From Acidimicrobiales bacterium (GTDB lineage Bacteria > Actinomycetota > Acidimicrobiia > Acidimicrobiales > Iamiaceae): a DNA stretch of 44,628 bases. How positions within the stretch are numbered: position 1 is the stretch's first letter; each line of letters starts with the position of its first letter. The DNA is taken from NCBI GenBank assembly GCA_036724365.1, contig DAIMFV010000005.1:1-44628 (forward strand), in the 5' to 3' direction. The notes under the pieces are model-generated. The model made no database searches. It saw nothing but the letters and a program-made list of their open reading frames with translations, and was not told where the DNA came from. Both the position numbers and the translations under genes were made by a program. Of the stretch, positions 1 through 8,713 are shown piece by piece.

Positions 1-60
1 TTCGAGACAGCGTTCTACGCTGCCCAACAGACCGACCCCGCCGGGGTTGGAAACCAATAG
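1..60 (+). CDS. C-terminus of IS3-family transposase OrfB (partial)
   Basis: Frame 1 reads FETAFYAAQQTDPAGVGNQ*, like the 'E..YY' tail of IS3 OrfB, just before the IR. Confidence 0.7.
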   Translation, partial: FETAFYAAQQTDPAGVGNQ

Positions 61-91
61 CCCGAGCCTCCAACAGACCCAGGGCGGTTCA
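1..91 (+). mobile_element. Right end of an IS3-family (IS6110-like) insertion sequence; IRR 64-91
   Basis: GAGCCTCCAACAGACCCAGGGCGGTTCA (64-91) resembles the 28-bp IS6110 right IR ending GGCGGTTCA and follows an ORF end immediately. Confidence 0.8.
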
Positions 92-711
92 ATCGGTCCC
101 GGGCCGACGGGCTGCTCGATCGCCGGGGAGTCGGAACCGCTCATGGCTCGTTCGATCGCTCCAGTGACGCTCTTCTTGATCTGGGCCGGGTCGAGGGCCT
201 GGTAGGCGTCGTCGGACCAGACGTGGACGACACCGTCGACGACCGTCGTGTTCGATCGGAAGCCAGCGGATCGGAGCGCCTGGCGGACGGCTCGGCGGAC
301 GGCTTCGACCTGCTCGACCGGGATGCTCGTGATGAAGGCCGAGCTGAACTGGATGACCTCTTCAGCGACGACGGCGGCGAGCAAGTGAACGCCGGCCGCC
401 GAGTCGGCGGCGGGGAACCAGGTGTCGAGGATCCTCAGGCACGAGCGGCAGGTTGGAGCGAACGCTGGGTCGCGCCAGAGCGGGAGAAGCTCGTCGGCTC
501 CCGCGGCCATCCGGTTCCAGGTGCGCCCGCACATCGTGGAGCGTTCCCATCGCCCGTCGGCCGGTGCCGGGTCGTTGCCCTGGTGCTCTGCTGAGCGACC
601 TCCCTCTCGGGCGACCGCGGCGAGGTGGGTCTCGGCACCACCTCCGACGTCTACAAGCAGCAGCTCCCGGCCGAGGACTGAGATGGAATTCTCGCGGGAG
701 GAGTCCATCAC
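92..711 (-). pseudogene. Hypothetical protein (~207 codons, Cys motifs CGRTW...CRSC) interrupted near its 3' end by the IS3 element
   Basis: AGGAGG RBS then GTG/ATG at 711/708; frame is open into the IS end with no stop in the window, so it is absent from the ORF track. Confidence 0.65.
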
Positions 712-746
712 GATCCTCCTTTCATCTTCGGGATGACCGCCAAGGC

Positions 747-1097
747 CTACAGGCGGACGAGGTCGCGGGCGGACGGCGGGTTGGAGTCGAACTCGAAGCC
801 GATCACGGCGTGACCGTCGAGAGCCTCAGCAAGTCGGCGCAGGGTGTCGGTGCCGCTGCGGTGCTGGCCGCTCTCGATGCGCGAGATCACCGACTTGGTG
901 GTGCTCATCCGCTCGGCGAGCTCCTGTTGGGTGAGGCCGAGTTGCGCGCGTCGCATGATCACCATGCGAGCGATCTCCTCGAATGGGCGGAGCCGGTCCT
1001 GGGTGTCGCGGTACTGGGCGCTGCGGGCGCGGTCGGCGCCGATGTGGTCCTTGACGCTGGATCCGATGGGGCTGTCGCTCTTGGCCATGTCTTTCAC
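747..1097 (-). CDS. XRE/HTH antitoxin (HigA-like)
   Basis: LTQQELAERMSTTKSVISRIESG helix-turn-helix; lies downstream of a RelE-like toxin. Confidence 0.85.
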   Translation of the reverse strand: MKDMAKSDSPIGSSVKDHIGADRARSAQYRDTQDRLRPFEEIARMVIMRRAQLGLTQQELAERMSTTKSVISRIESGQHRSGTDTLRRLAEALDGHAVIGFEFDSNPPSARDLVRL

Positions 1098-1115
1098 CTC
1101 ACCGAGCAGGTTAGC

Positions 1116-1128
1116 AGTTCTGCGAACT
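1116..1128. promoter_or_regulatory. Palindromic operator candidate between toxin and antitoxin
   Basis: AGTTC-TGC-GAACT next to a minus-strand TGcTAACCT extended -10-like element. Confidence 0.4.
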
Positions 1129-1131
1129 TAG

Positions 1132-1533
1132 CTACGGGGCGTCGTGTCCCGCGGCGCGTGGAGGTCGTCGAGGGTCCGCGTCCATCCTCGCCTTGAAGTC
1201 CGCCCACCGGTCGTCCGCGATGGTGATGTCCGAGGCCGGGATCTTCGCGGTCCGCTTGGCGAAGATGTGCAGCAGAACCAGCAGTCGATCCGAACGGCGA
1301 TACAGGACTCGGAACAGCTGCCGGCCGTAGTGGCAGCGAAGCTCGCGAAGCTCGCCGTCGACCTGGGAGCTGTGGGGGAATGGGAGGTGAGGCACCTCAT
1401 CGTTGAGGAGGTTCAGCCGGTCGATCTGCAACGCCAAGGTCGCGGCGGCCTCGACTTGAAGCGCGTCGAGGAAGTCGCGCACCGGCTCGGTGCCGTCGGG
1501 GGCTCGGTAGTAGACGGCGTGAAGGTCAGCCAC
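1132..1533 (-). CDS. Type II toxin, RelE/ParE superfamily (Gp49/HigB-like)
   Basis: YYR..G.EPV.DFLD, LRELR, RVLY, LLHIFAKRT.KIP motifs; toxin-first gene order. Confidence 0.85.
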   Translation of the reverse strand: MADLHAVYYRAPDGTEPVRDFLDALQVEAAATLALQIDRLNLLNDEVPHLPFPHSSQVDGELRELRCHYGRQLFRVLYRRSDRLLVLLHIFAKRTAKIPASDITIADDRWADFKARMDADPRRPPRAAGHDAP

Positions 1534-1544
1534 GGCCGATCCCC

Positions 1545-1958
1545 TCAGCCGCCAGTCGTCGAGGCCGAGGCGGCGACCGGCAACGGCATGTAGAGGTGAG
1601 CGGCGACCGATTGGGCTGCACTGATCAGCTCACCGGCGTCGCTGAGTGGTTCCTGGGCACAACGCAACCCGAGGACCGCTGCGGCGATCATCTCGGCTGC
1701 CGGGCCGAGCGCGGCAGCGTCGACCTCGTAGGAACTCGCAGACTGCTCGAGGTGCTTCGCGACCTGGCGCAGCACCTGCGGCACGCGCTCGACCAGCAGC
1801 CTCAGCTCGCCCAGCACCCGGTACACGTCGCTCACGTCTTCCCAGCCGGGCACCTCCGCCGATGGAGGGTAAAGAGTGAGGTGGTTGAGCGTGCGGACCG
1901 CCTCGGCCGCGGACTCGGCAACTGCGCTCGGACCGAGGGTCGACTCCCGGGCGGTCAC
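1545..1958 (-). CDS. Hypothetical helical protein, coupled to the integrase by a GTGA overlap
   Basis: 137-aa ORF with GC-rich third positions, overlapping the integrase stop. Confidence 0.65.
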   Translation of the reverse strand: MTARESTLGPSAVAESAAEAVRTLNHLTLYPPSAEVPGWEDVSDVYRVLGELRLLVERVPQVLRQVAKHLEQSASSYEVDAAALGPAAEMIAAAVLGLRCAQEPLSDAGELISAAQSVAAHLYMPLPVAASASTTGG

Positions 1959-3238
1959 CGCTCGTCCTCGTCGCCGTCGTCGCTTGGGTCGACGTCGAGG
2001 TCGCGCTCGCCCACGTCGTCGTCCTCATCGGGGTCTCCGGCCTCGTCTTCCTCGAGGTCGGCCCGAGCCTTGTTGCGCTCGTTGCGCAGGAGCAGAGAGA
2101 ACGTGTCGGCCGCAGCGGCCTGCATCCCGGGCAGCACGTGCTGGTACACGTGCATCGTGAAGGCGATGTTGGCGTGGCCGAGCCGCTCGCTGACGACCTT
2201 CACGTTCACGCCCGCCTTGAGCAGGAGGGTGGCGTGGGTGTGCCGCAGGTCGTGCAGAGAGATGTCGGGGACGTCGATCTTGGCGACGGTGCGGTCGAAG
2301 AGCTGGCTGAACACGTCGGGGTGCGGCGAGGTGCCGTCGGCCTTGACGAACACCAGGTCGTCCGGGGCAGGTTCGACGCCGTCACGTTCCTCGGTGCGGA
2401 CCTTGCGCCAGTCCCGCAGCACCTGGACCAGGTCCTCTTCGATGTCGATCGTGCGCCGGCTCGTCCCGGTCTTCACGTCCGAGATCGACACCTTGTACGA
2501 GACCGACACCAGGGCCTGGCGAACCGACACCCGTCCGGCGTCAAAGTCGATGTCACGCCACCGCACGCCGAGCACCTCCCCGCGGCGCATCCCGGTGTTC
2601 GCCGCGAACTCGAACGCCGCCGCCATCCGGTGCGACGAGATCGCGTCGAGGAACCGTACGAGCTGGTCGATCTCCCACGCCTTGATCTCGGGCCGCTTGC
2701 GGGCCTCGAGAGAGGGTGCGTCGGCGAGCGCGACGACGTTGCGCACGACGGTGCCCTTGCGGGCTGCGTCGCTTAGCGCCTTGTTCAACATCACGTGGAT
2801 GTTGTGCACCGTCTTCGGGGCCAGACCCTTGGCCGGGCCCTTCTCACCGGGGCGCTTCTTGCGGCCACTCTTGAGGAGCGCGGCGTAGAACATGTCGATG
2901 TCCTCGGGGGTCAGCTGGTCGAGCTGGCGCTTTCCGAGTCCCGGCACCACGTGCAGCTCCACATTTCGCCGGTAGGCGTCGAAGCTGCTCTTGCGCAGCC
3001 GCGCCTCCTGGATCGGCAGCCACCGCTCGGTGAGGTACTCGCCCAAGGTGAGCTTCTCGCTGACCACCGTCTCGCCCCGGTGTGCCCGCTTGACGAGATC
3101 GGCCAGCAGCTTCTCGGCGTCACCGCGCCGGGTGCCGGCCTGGACCCACCGGCGCCGGTACTCGCCGGTCGCCGGGTTCACGCCGTCGTAGACGACGGCG
3201 TACCACTTCTTGCCCTTCTTCTGGATGGTTCCGCGCAT
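1955..3238 (-). CDS. Tyrosine integrase 1 (arm-binding N-terminus, acidic C-terminal tail)
   Basis: Start MRGTIQKKGKKWYAVVY at 3238; TGMRRGE, HDLRH and LGH...YQH catalytic motifs all intact. Confidence 0.95.
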   Translation of the reverse strand: MRGTIQKKGKKWYAVVYDGVNPATGEYRRRWVQAGTRRGDAEKLLADLVKRAHRGETVVSEKLTLGEYLTERWLPIQEARLRKSSFDAYRRNVELHVVPGLGKRQLDQLTPEDIDMFYAALLKSGRKKRPGEKGPAKGLAPKTVHNIHVMLNKALSDAARKGTVVRNVVALADAPSLEARKRPEIKAWEIDQLVRFLDAISSHRMAAAFEFAANTGMRRGEVLGVRWRDIDFDAGRVSVRQALVSVSYKVSISDVKTGTSRRTIDIEEDLVQVLRDWRKVRTEERDGVEPAPDDLVFVKADGTSPHPDVFSQLFDRTVAKIDVPDISLHDLRHTHATLLLKAGVNVKVVSERLGHANIAFTMHVYQHVLPGMQAAAADTFSLLLRNERNKARADLEEDEAGDPDEDDDVGERDLDVDPSDDGDEDER

Positions 3239-3546
3239 CAGCGTCCCCTTCGGATCGAACCGTTCGGGGACATCGAGCAGCGGACCAGGCCTGTCCCGCG
3301 ATGTCCGACGGGGATCAGGCGCTGCGTGGTCGACGGTACACGTCGAGTCCCGGAAGGTCGACCCCCGGCCGGCGTCGAAGCCGGGGTCGGACGGAGTTCG
3401 CCCAACGAACCCGAAGATCGGCCGGGCCGGCCCGACAACCCGATCCGGGGGGACCGGACCGAGGCGCAGGAGCGACCCGCTGTCGCGGGCCGCCATCCCA
3501 TCGTGTACCGCTCCGGCACCACCCGGCGTTGACTGTCCCAGGCCGC

Positions 3547-3568
3547 ACAGTAGAAAAGACAGTAGAAA
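3547..3568 (+). repeat. Tandem arm-type repeat ACAGTAGAAA x2 (12-bp period), left of att1
   Basis: acagtagaaaag-acagtagaaa. Confidence 0.7.
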
Positions 3569-3588
3569 TCTGGTCGTTGGGGCATGGA

Positions 3589-3622
3589 AGAGGCCCTCCT
3601 CGATGAGTCGAAAAGGGCCTCT
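3589..3622 (-). terminator. Hairpin downstream of tRNA fragment 1
   Basis: AGAGGCCCT...AGGGCCTCT, 9-bp stem. Confidence 0.5.
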
Positions 3623-3636
3623 GACCAGGTACTTTA

Positions 3637-3688
3637 GTTGGTGGCGGGGGCAGGATTTGAACCTGCGACCTTCGGGTTATGAGCCCGA
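3637..3688 (-). repeat. att1: 3' part of initiator tRNA-Met (anticodon arm to CCA); not a full gene
   Basis: Reverse complement TCGGG-CTCATAA-CCCGA-AGGTC-GCAGG-TTCAAAT-CCTGC-CCCCGCC-A-CCA; three G:C anticodon-stem pairs typical of initiator tRNA; D-arm and 5' acceptor strand absent. Confidence 0.92.
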
Positions 3689-3743
3689 TTCCAAGCCTCT
3701 CCTGGCGTCCCGTTCCGTACCTTCTGGTACCTCTGAGCTGGGG

Positions 3744-3824
3744 TTTCGCGCATTCGACGTGCCAGTCCGTACCACTGCGGACCAGCCAATCCCAGCCCGC
3801 GGTGTAGAAGCGAGTGTAGAAGTC
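3744..3824 (+). repeat. att right arm, near-identical to 10098-10178, ending in GTGTAGAAG x2
   Basis: 81 bp with one mismatch by manual alignment. Confidence 0.9.
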
Positions 3825-3925
3825 AGGCGGCGGGAACGCTGGCCCGAAAAAGGCAATACCCCGGGCGCATGCCACGAGGGCATTAGCGACACCGGGGAAT
3901 TACACGCAGGTTACCCTGACCAGCC

Positions 3926-4642
3926 GTGGCCTTCAACCCCCACTTCGAGCCGGCGGTCAGCCCGGCGAGGCTGGGCACCTACCGAGCGATCGCGGCCGAC
4001 GACGACCACGCGTGGGCACTGTACCGGTGGAACATCGATCTCGCCGCTGCCCTCACGCCGCTGGCCTGCGACGTCGAGGTCGCACTCCGCAACACGATCC
4101 ACCACCAGCTCACCGCGCACCTCGGGCGTGAGGACTGGTGGGCCAGCACCGAACTCGTGCTCGACGACATCACCAATGAGACGCTCGCCGAGGTGGTCCG
4201 CCGGCACAAGAAGCAGCTCGCGAAGGGCACGATCGGGCCGGGCAAGGTCATCGCCGATCTGATGCTCGGGACCTGGGTGATGTTGCTGAGCCGCGGCGGT
4301 ACCTCGGCGCTCGGACGGGCGATCGACTACGAGGCGAACCTCTGGCGGCCGGCATTGCGGTTCGGCTTCGCGACGGGAACGTTCACCCCCACCGGCCGAG
4401 CCCGACGGCCGACTCGCGACGCTGTCCACCTCCGTGCAGCGAACCTCCAGCGCCTCCGCAACCGTTCGGCGCATCACGAACCGATCTTCAACGGGGTTCG
4501 GCTGTCAGGCACGCAGACCATGGTCGGCCTGCAGACCGTGTGGGACCAGACGGTGGAGCTCCTACGGTGGATGGCCCCGGAGTTGGCGGCCATCCACGAG
4601 GCGAACCCGGCGGTACCGAACCTCCTCGCTGCCCGTCCGTAG
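3926..4642 (+). CDS. Abi_2/AbiD-F-like HEPN RNase
   Basis: S..RL..Y, ALYRWNI.L, EVALRN and the HEPN RxxxxH motif LRNRSAHHEPIF. Confidence 0.85.
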   Translation: MAFNPHFEPAVSPARLGTYRAIAADDDHAWALYRWNIDLAAALTPLACDVEVALRNTIHHQLTAHLGREDWWASTELVLDDITNETLAEVVRRHKKQLAKGTIGPGKVIADLMLGTWVMLLSRGGTSALGRAIDYEANLWRPALRFGFATGTFTPTGRARRPTRDAVHLRAANLQRLRNRSAHHEPIFNGVRLSGTQTMVGLQTVWDQTVELLRWMAPELAAIHEANPAVPNLLAARP

Positions 4643-4653
4643 CGGGTGGCCGT

Positions 4654-7149
4654 TCAGAGACGGGGGTCGACGGGTTCGCTCTCCATGGCGAGGACCCCGA
4701 AGACGCACTCGTGAACGCGGTGGAGGGGTTCGCCGGCGACGAAGCGCTCGAGCGCCTCGATGCCGAGCGCGAACTCCCGCTGGGCGAGGGATCGCTTCTT
4801 GCCCAGGTTGCGCTCGCGGAGCCGTTCGAGGTTGTGGGGAACGAGGTACTCGGGGCCGTAGATGATGCGCAGGTACTCCGGGCCTCGGCACTTGATGCCG
4901 GGCTGGATGAGGCCGCGCTTGCCGGTCACGATCGACTCCAACGGCTTGACGACCATGCCTTCGCCACCGTCGCCGACGAGCTGCTCCCACCAGGTGACCG
5001 CAGCCGCCTCGCTCTCGGGGTCGTCGAGGTCGACCGTGAGGTTCCGGGTCGGGCGGATGAACCCGTCCCCGGCGGCGACGAGCCGCTCAGCGATCGACAT
5101 GTGCCAGCCGTGATCGCGCTCCGCGAGCAGCGCCCCTTCGGCGGCGAGCACGACGAAGGGGGCAACCTGGAGGTCGTCGGGCTCCTCGACGGACCAGCAG
5201 TACTGGCGGTACGCCTCGACGAACCGGTCGATGGCGAGCACGCGCTCCTCGGTCCGGTGGGCGATGTCAGAAACGTCGATGCCCCGGTGCAAGGCACCAG
5301 CCAGCAGCTCCCCGGCTCGGGTGGTCATGGCGTGACCGGAGGCACCGACGGCTGCGTACTGGCTACGGAGGAGGTCTTCGGCCTTGGCGCTCCAGGGGAG
5401 CAGCTCGGTGTCGAGCGCGAGCCAGTCGGTGTCGAGGGCATCCCAGAGGTCCGCGGCGCTGACGGCGGCCCGGGTGCGCTCGATGACCTTGGCCTGCCAG
5501 GCGGGATCGGCGAAGAAGGCCCGACCGGTGCGCGTGTAGATGGTGCCGCCGATGGGGTCGTCGATCTTGAACCGTCGGAGCGCGACCTCAGCATCGCGGC
5601 ACACGATGACGACGGCTCGGGATCCCATGTGCTTCTCCTCGCAGATCACCTGGACGATGCCGTCGCGCCGGTAGGCGGCGAACGCCTCGGTCGGGTGTTC
5701 GAGGATGTCGGGCCGGGCGGAGGTTGCCGTCGGGGCCATGGTCGGCGGGAGGTAGATCAGCCAGCGGGGGTCGATGGCCCATCGACTCATGACCTCGAAC
5801 GCGGCTGCGGCGTTCTCGGCAGCGACGGTGATGGCGTCGAGCAGCTCCGCAGGCCTGGGCGCGTCGGTCGTCTCCGGACGAAGAGGCTTGGTGGGTTCCC
5901 AGTAGGTACGGGCCGCGGGGACCGAGACGAGCTCCCGTTCCGGGTACCGCAGCGCGGTGAGCTTGCCGCCGAACACGCAGCCGGTGTCGATGCAGATGGT
6001 GTTGTTGATCCACTCGGCTTCGGGGACCGGGGTGTGGCCGTAGACGACGATGGCGGAGCCCCGGTAGTCGTTGGCCCACGGGTAGCGGACGGGGAGGCCG
6101 AACTCGTCGGTCTCGCCGGTGGTGTCGCCGTAGAGGGCGAAGCTGCGCACGGCCCCGGACGACCTGTTGTGGAACCGTTCGGGAAGTCCGGCGTGGGCGA
6201 CCACGCAGCGGCCGTCGTCGAGCACGGCGTGGCTGATGAGGCTGTCGATGAACGTGGCGACCTCGGTGCGGAACTCGTCGGGCTCGGCGTCCAGTTGGGC
6301 GAGGGTCTCGGCGAGGCCGTGTGAGACCTGGACGTTACGGCCGTTCAGGGCGCGCCACAGCTTGTTCTCGTGGTTGCCAGGGATGCACGCGGCGGTGCCG
6401 TCGCGCACCATCCCCATCGCGAGGCGGAGCACACCTGGGCTGTCAGGGCCGCGGTCGACGAGGTCGCCGACGAAGAACGCCTTCCGGCCGGCCGGATGGC
6501 GGGCGGTCGACCGGTCGGGTGCGACGTCGTAGCCCAGTTCGGTCAGGAGGGTGACGAGCTCATCGGCGCAGCCGTGGACGTCGCCGATGAAGTCGAACGG
6601 CCCTTGGTCGTCGCGCCGGTCCGTCCACCGACGTTCACGCTCGATCGAGACCGCATCGATCTCCTCCGTGCCCTTCAGGACGAACACGCGGCGAAAGCCC
6701 TCCCGCTGGAGGCCCTTGATCGACTTGCGGAGCTGCTGGTGCTGGCGACGCATGGCGTGCGCGGGGAGGTTCCGGTCCGGTCGGTTGGCGTTGCGTTCGG
6801 CGCAGACCTTCTCGGGAACGTCGAGCACGATCGCCACGGGCAGCACGTGGTGCTCACGGGCGAGGCGGACCAGCGGTGCTCGGGCGTCGCGCTGCACGCT
6901 GGTCGCGTCGACGACGGTGAGCCGGCCCGCCTCGAGGCGCTTGCCGGCGATGTAGCCAAGGACGTCGAAGGCGGCGGGGGTGGCCACCTGATCGTTCTCG
7001 TCGTCGGCGACGAGCAGGCGGCAGAAATCGGATGACAGCACTTCGCTGGGCGCGAAGTGTCGGGCCGCGAAGCTGGACTTGCCCGCGCCGGAGGGACCGA
7101 TCAACACGACGAGTGCCAGGTCGGGGACGGTGATCGTCGTGGCGGTCAT
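4654..7149 (-). CDS. pnkp: Polynucleotide kinase-phosphatase-ligase (bacterial Pnkp)
   Basis: P-loop GPSGAGKS; metallophosphoesterase GDVHG/GDLVDRG/GNHE; ligase EEKHMGSR and EGMVVKP; C-terminal ESEPVDPRL. Confidence 0.96.
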   Translation of the reverse strand: MTATTITVPDLALVVLIGPSGAGKSSFAARHFAPSEVLSSDFCRLLVADDENDQVATPAAFDVLGYIAGKRLEAGRLTVVDATSVQRDARAPLVRLAREHHVLPVAIVLDVPEKVCAERNANRPDRNLPAHAMRRQHQQLRKSIKGLQREGFRRVFVLKGTEEIDAVSIERERRWTDRRDDQGPFDFIGDVHGCADELVTLLTELGYDVAPDRSTARHPAGRKAFFVGDLVDRGPDSPGVLRLAMGMVRDGTAACIPGNHENKLWRALNGRNVQVSHGLAETLAQLDAEPDEFRTEVATFIDSLISHAVLDDGRCVVAHAGLPERFHNRSSGAVRSFALYGDTTGETDEFGLPVRYPWANDYRGSAIVVYGHTPVPEAEWINNTICIDTGCVFGGKLTALRYPERELVSVPAARTYWEPTKPLRPETTDAPRPAELLDAITVAAENAAAAFEVMSRWAIDPRWLIYLPPTMAPTATSARPDILEHPTEAFAAYRRDGIVQVICEEKHMGSRAVVIVCRDAEVALRRFKIDDPIGGTIYTRTGRAFFADPAWQAKVIERTRAAVSAADLWDALDTDWLALDTELLPWSAKAEDLLRSQYAAVGASGHAMTTRAGELLAGALHRGIDVSDIAHRTEERVLAIDRFVEAYRQYCWSVEEPDDLQVAPFVVLAAEGALLAERDHGWHMSIAERLVAAGDGFIRPTRNLTVDLDDPESEAAAVTWWEQLVGDGGEGMVVKPLESIVTGKRGLIQPGIKCRGPEYLRIIYGPEYLVPHNLERLRERNLGKKRSLAQREFALGIEALERFVAGEPLHRVHECVFGVLAMESEPVDPRL

Positions 7150-8546
7150 CGGCTGAACACCGCCATCTGGGTGGGCGGGCCGACCTCGGGATCGTCAGGG
7201 CCGATCGGAGCGAACGCCACGCGGTAGCCGTGTGCCGTAGTGATGTGCTCGGCCCAATGGGCGAACTCGGCGCGGGTCCACTCGAAGCGGTGGTCGCGGT
7301 GGCGGAACTGACCGGCGGGCAGCGACTCGAACCGGACGTTGTGCTCCTGGTTCGGCGTCGTGACGATCACGGTCGCCGGCGCTGCGTGCGCGAACACGAC
7401 CTGTTCGAGCGCGGCGAGCCGGGGCTCGTCGAGGTGTTCGATGACTTCGATCAAGGTCGCGGCGTCGAACCCGGCGAAGCGGCCGTCGCGGTAGGTGAGG
7501 CCCGCCTGGATCAGAGCGACTCGTTCGCGCTGACGATCCGACAGGTCGTCGATGTGAATGCGGTCGGCGGCTCGCTCGAGCACTCGTGTCGACACGTCGG
7601 CACCAGTCACGTGTGCGATCTGCGGAACCTTCAGGAGCGCTTGGACGAGACGTCCCTCCCCGCACCCCAGGTCGAGCACTCGAGACGCGCCCGCGTCGAT
7701 GACCGCTGCCGTCACGGCATCGAGGCGCTGCTGGTTCAGGCTGATGCGCTCCTCGACCTGTTCTTCTTCGCGGTCGTGCTCCTCGTCGACTTCGACCAGG
7801 TCGTCTGGTGTGTCGTCGGCCAGGCGCGCCAGGACGTCGTTCGCGAGCGAACGACGGTGCTTGAGGTACCGACGGCTGATCAGCTCACGCGCTGGGTGCA
7901 ATCCCAACCAGGCGCCGCCCTTGTCGAGGAGCTTGTGGGCTTCGTCCTCACCGACCCAGTAGTGCTTGTCGTCGTCGAGCACCGGCAACAGCACGTACAG
8001 GTGCGACAACAGGTCAGCGAGACGCACCTCACCGGTGAGTCGCACCGACCAGTACCGGCTCGGCCCCCACCCGGGGAACTCCTCGTCCAACGGGATCGGC
8101 GTTGCCTCGATCTCGTAGCCGAGAGGTTCGAACAGCGACCGAAGGACCGGCTCGCCGCCACGTATCGGCAGGACCGGCACCTCGACGTCGAACGGCAGCG
8201 CCGTGTCAGCGAGCTCGGGGCGCTGGTCGCAGCGTCCCGACATCGCGGTGCCGAACACCTTGCCGACCACGACGCTGAGGAACGACGAGGCCACATACGG
8301 CCGGTCGTTCACGTAGCCGGCGAGCGAGAAGGACTCCTGACCCTTCCGGCCCCGCCGGCGGATCAGCCCGATCGGGTCGACCTCGACGAGCACCGCGGCG
8401 GTGCAGCGCTGGTCTCCAGCCTCGGGGAAGAAGACATGAGCATCACCGAACGGGAACGCGACCGTTCGCACGTTGTCCGGGTGCTTGTGCAGCAAGAAGC
8501 CGAGATCGGTCGCTGGCGCGTGTTCGGTGGAGATCGTGAGGAGCAT
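7146..8546 (-). CDS. hen1: 3'-terminal RNA ribose 2'-O-methyltransferase Hen1
   Basis: MLLTIST..PATDLGFLLHKHP, YVNDRPY, LDLGCGEG, EVIEH, RHRDHRFEWTR; ATGA overlap with pnkp. Confidence 0.96.
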   Translation of the reverse strand: MLLTISTEHAPATDLGFLLHKHPDNVRTVAFPFGDAHVFFPEAGDQRCTAAVLVEVDPIGLIRRRGRKGQESFSLAGYVNDRPYVASSFLSVVVGKVFGTAMSGRCDQRPELADTALPFDVEVPVLPIRGGEPVLRSLFEPLGYEIEATPIPLDEEFPGWGPSRYWSVRLTGEVRLADLLSHLYVLLPVLDDDKHYWVGEDEAHKLLDKGGAWLGLHPARELISRRYLKHRRSLANDVLARLADDTPDDLVEVDEEHDREEEQVEERISLNQQRLDAVTAAVIDAGASRVLDLGCGEGRLVQALLKVPQIAHVTGADVSTRVLERAADRIHIDDLSDRQRERVALIQAGLTYRDGRFAGFDAATLIEVIEHLDEPRLAALEQVVFAHAAPATVIVTTPNQEHNVRFESLPAGQFRHRDHRFEWTRAEFAHWAEHITTAHGYRVAFAPIGPDDPEVGPPTQMAVFSR

Positions 8547-8713
8547 GGGAGACCGCCATTGGGCAGGTCGACCATCATGGCCCAACCGACCGCGGGCGTC
8601 CTTGGCCATTCGGGCAACCACCGGCCCCGACCGCGCAGAGTCAAGGCGCGAAGTAGCTGGTCAGCGTCCCGGCAGGCTCGTCGGGTTGTCGCCGAAGTGG
8701 TCACGCTCGTGCG

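Noticed and set aside
3239..3496. 85-aa N-terminal extension of integrase 1
   Set aside because: Paralogues begin at the position matching MRGTIQKKG, and an RBS precedes ATG 3238
3825..3925. AbiF-type RNA antitoxin next to the HEPN gene
   Set aside because: No repeats or convincing stems upstream, and only 11 bp downstream
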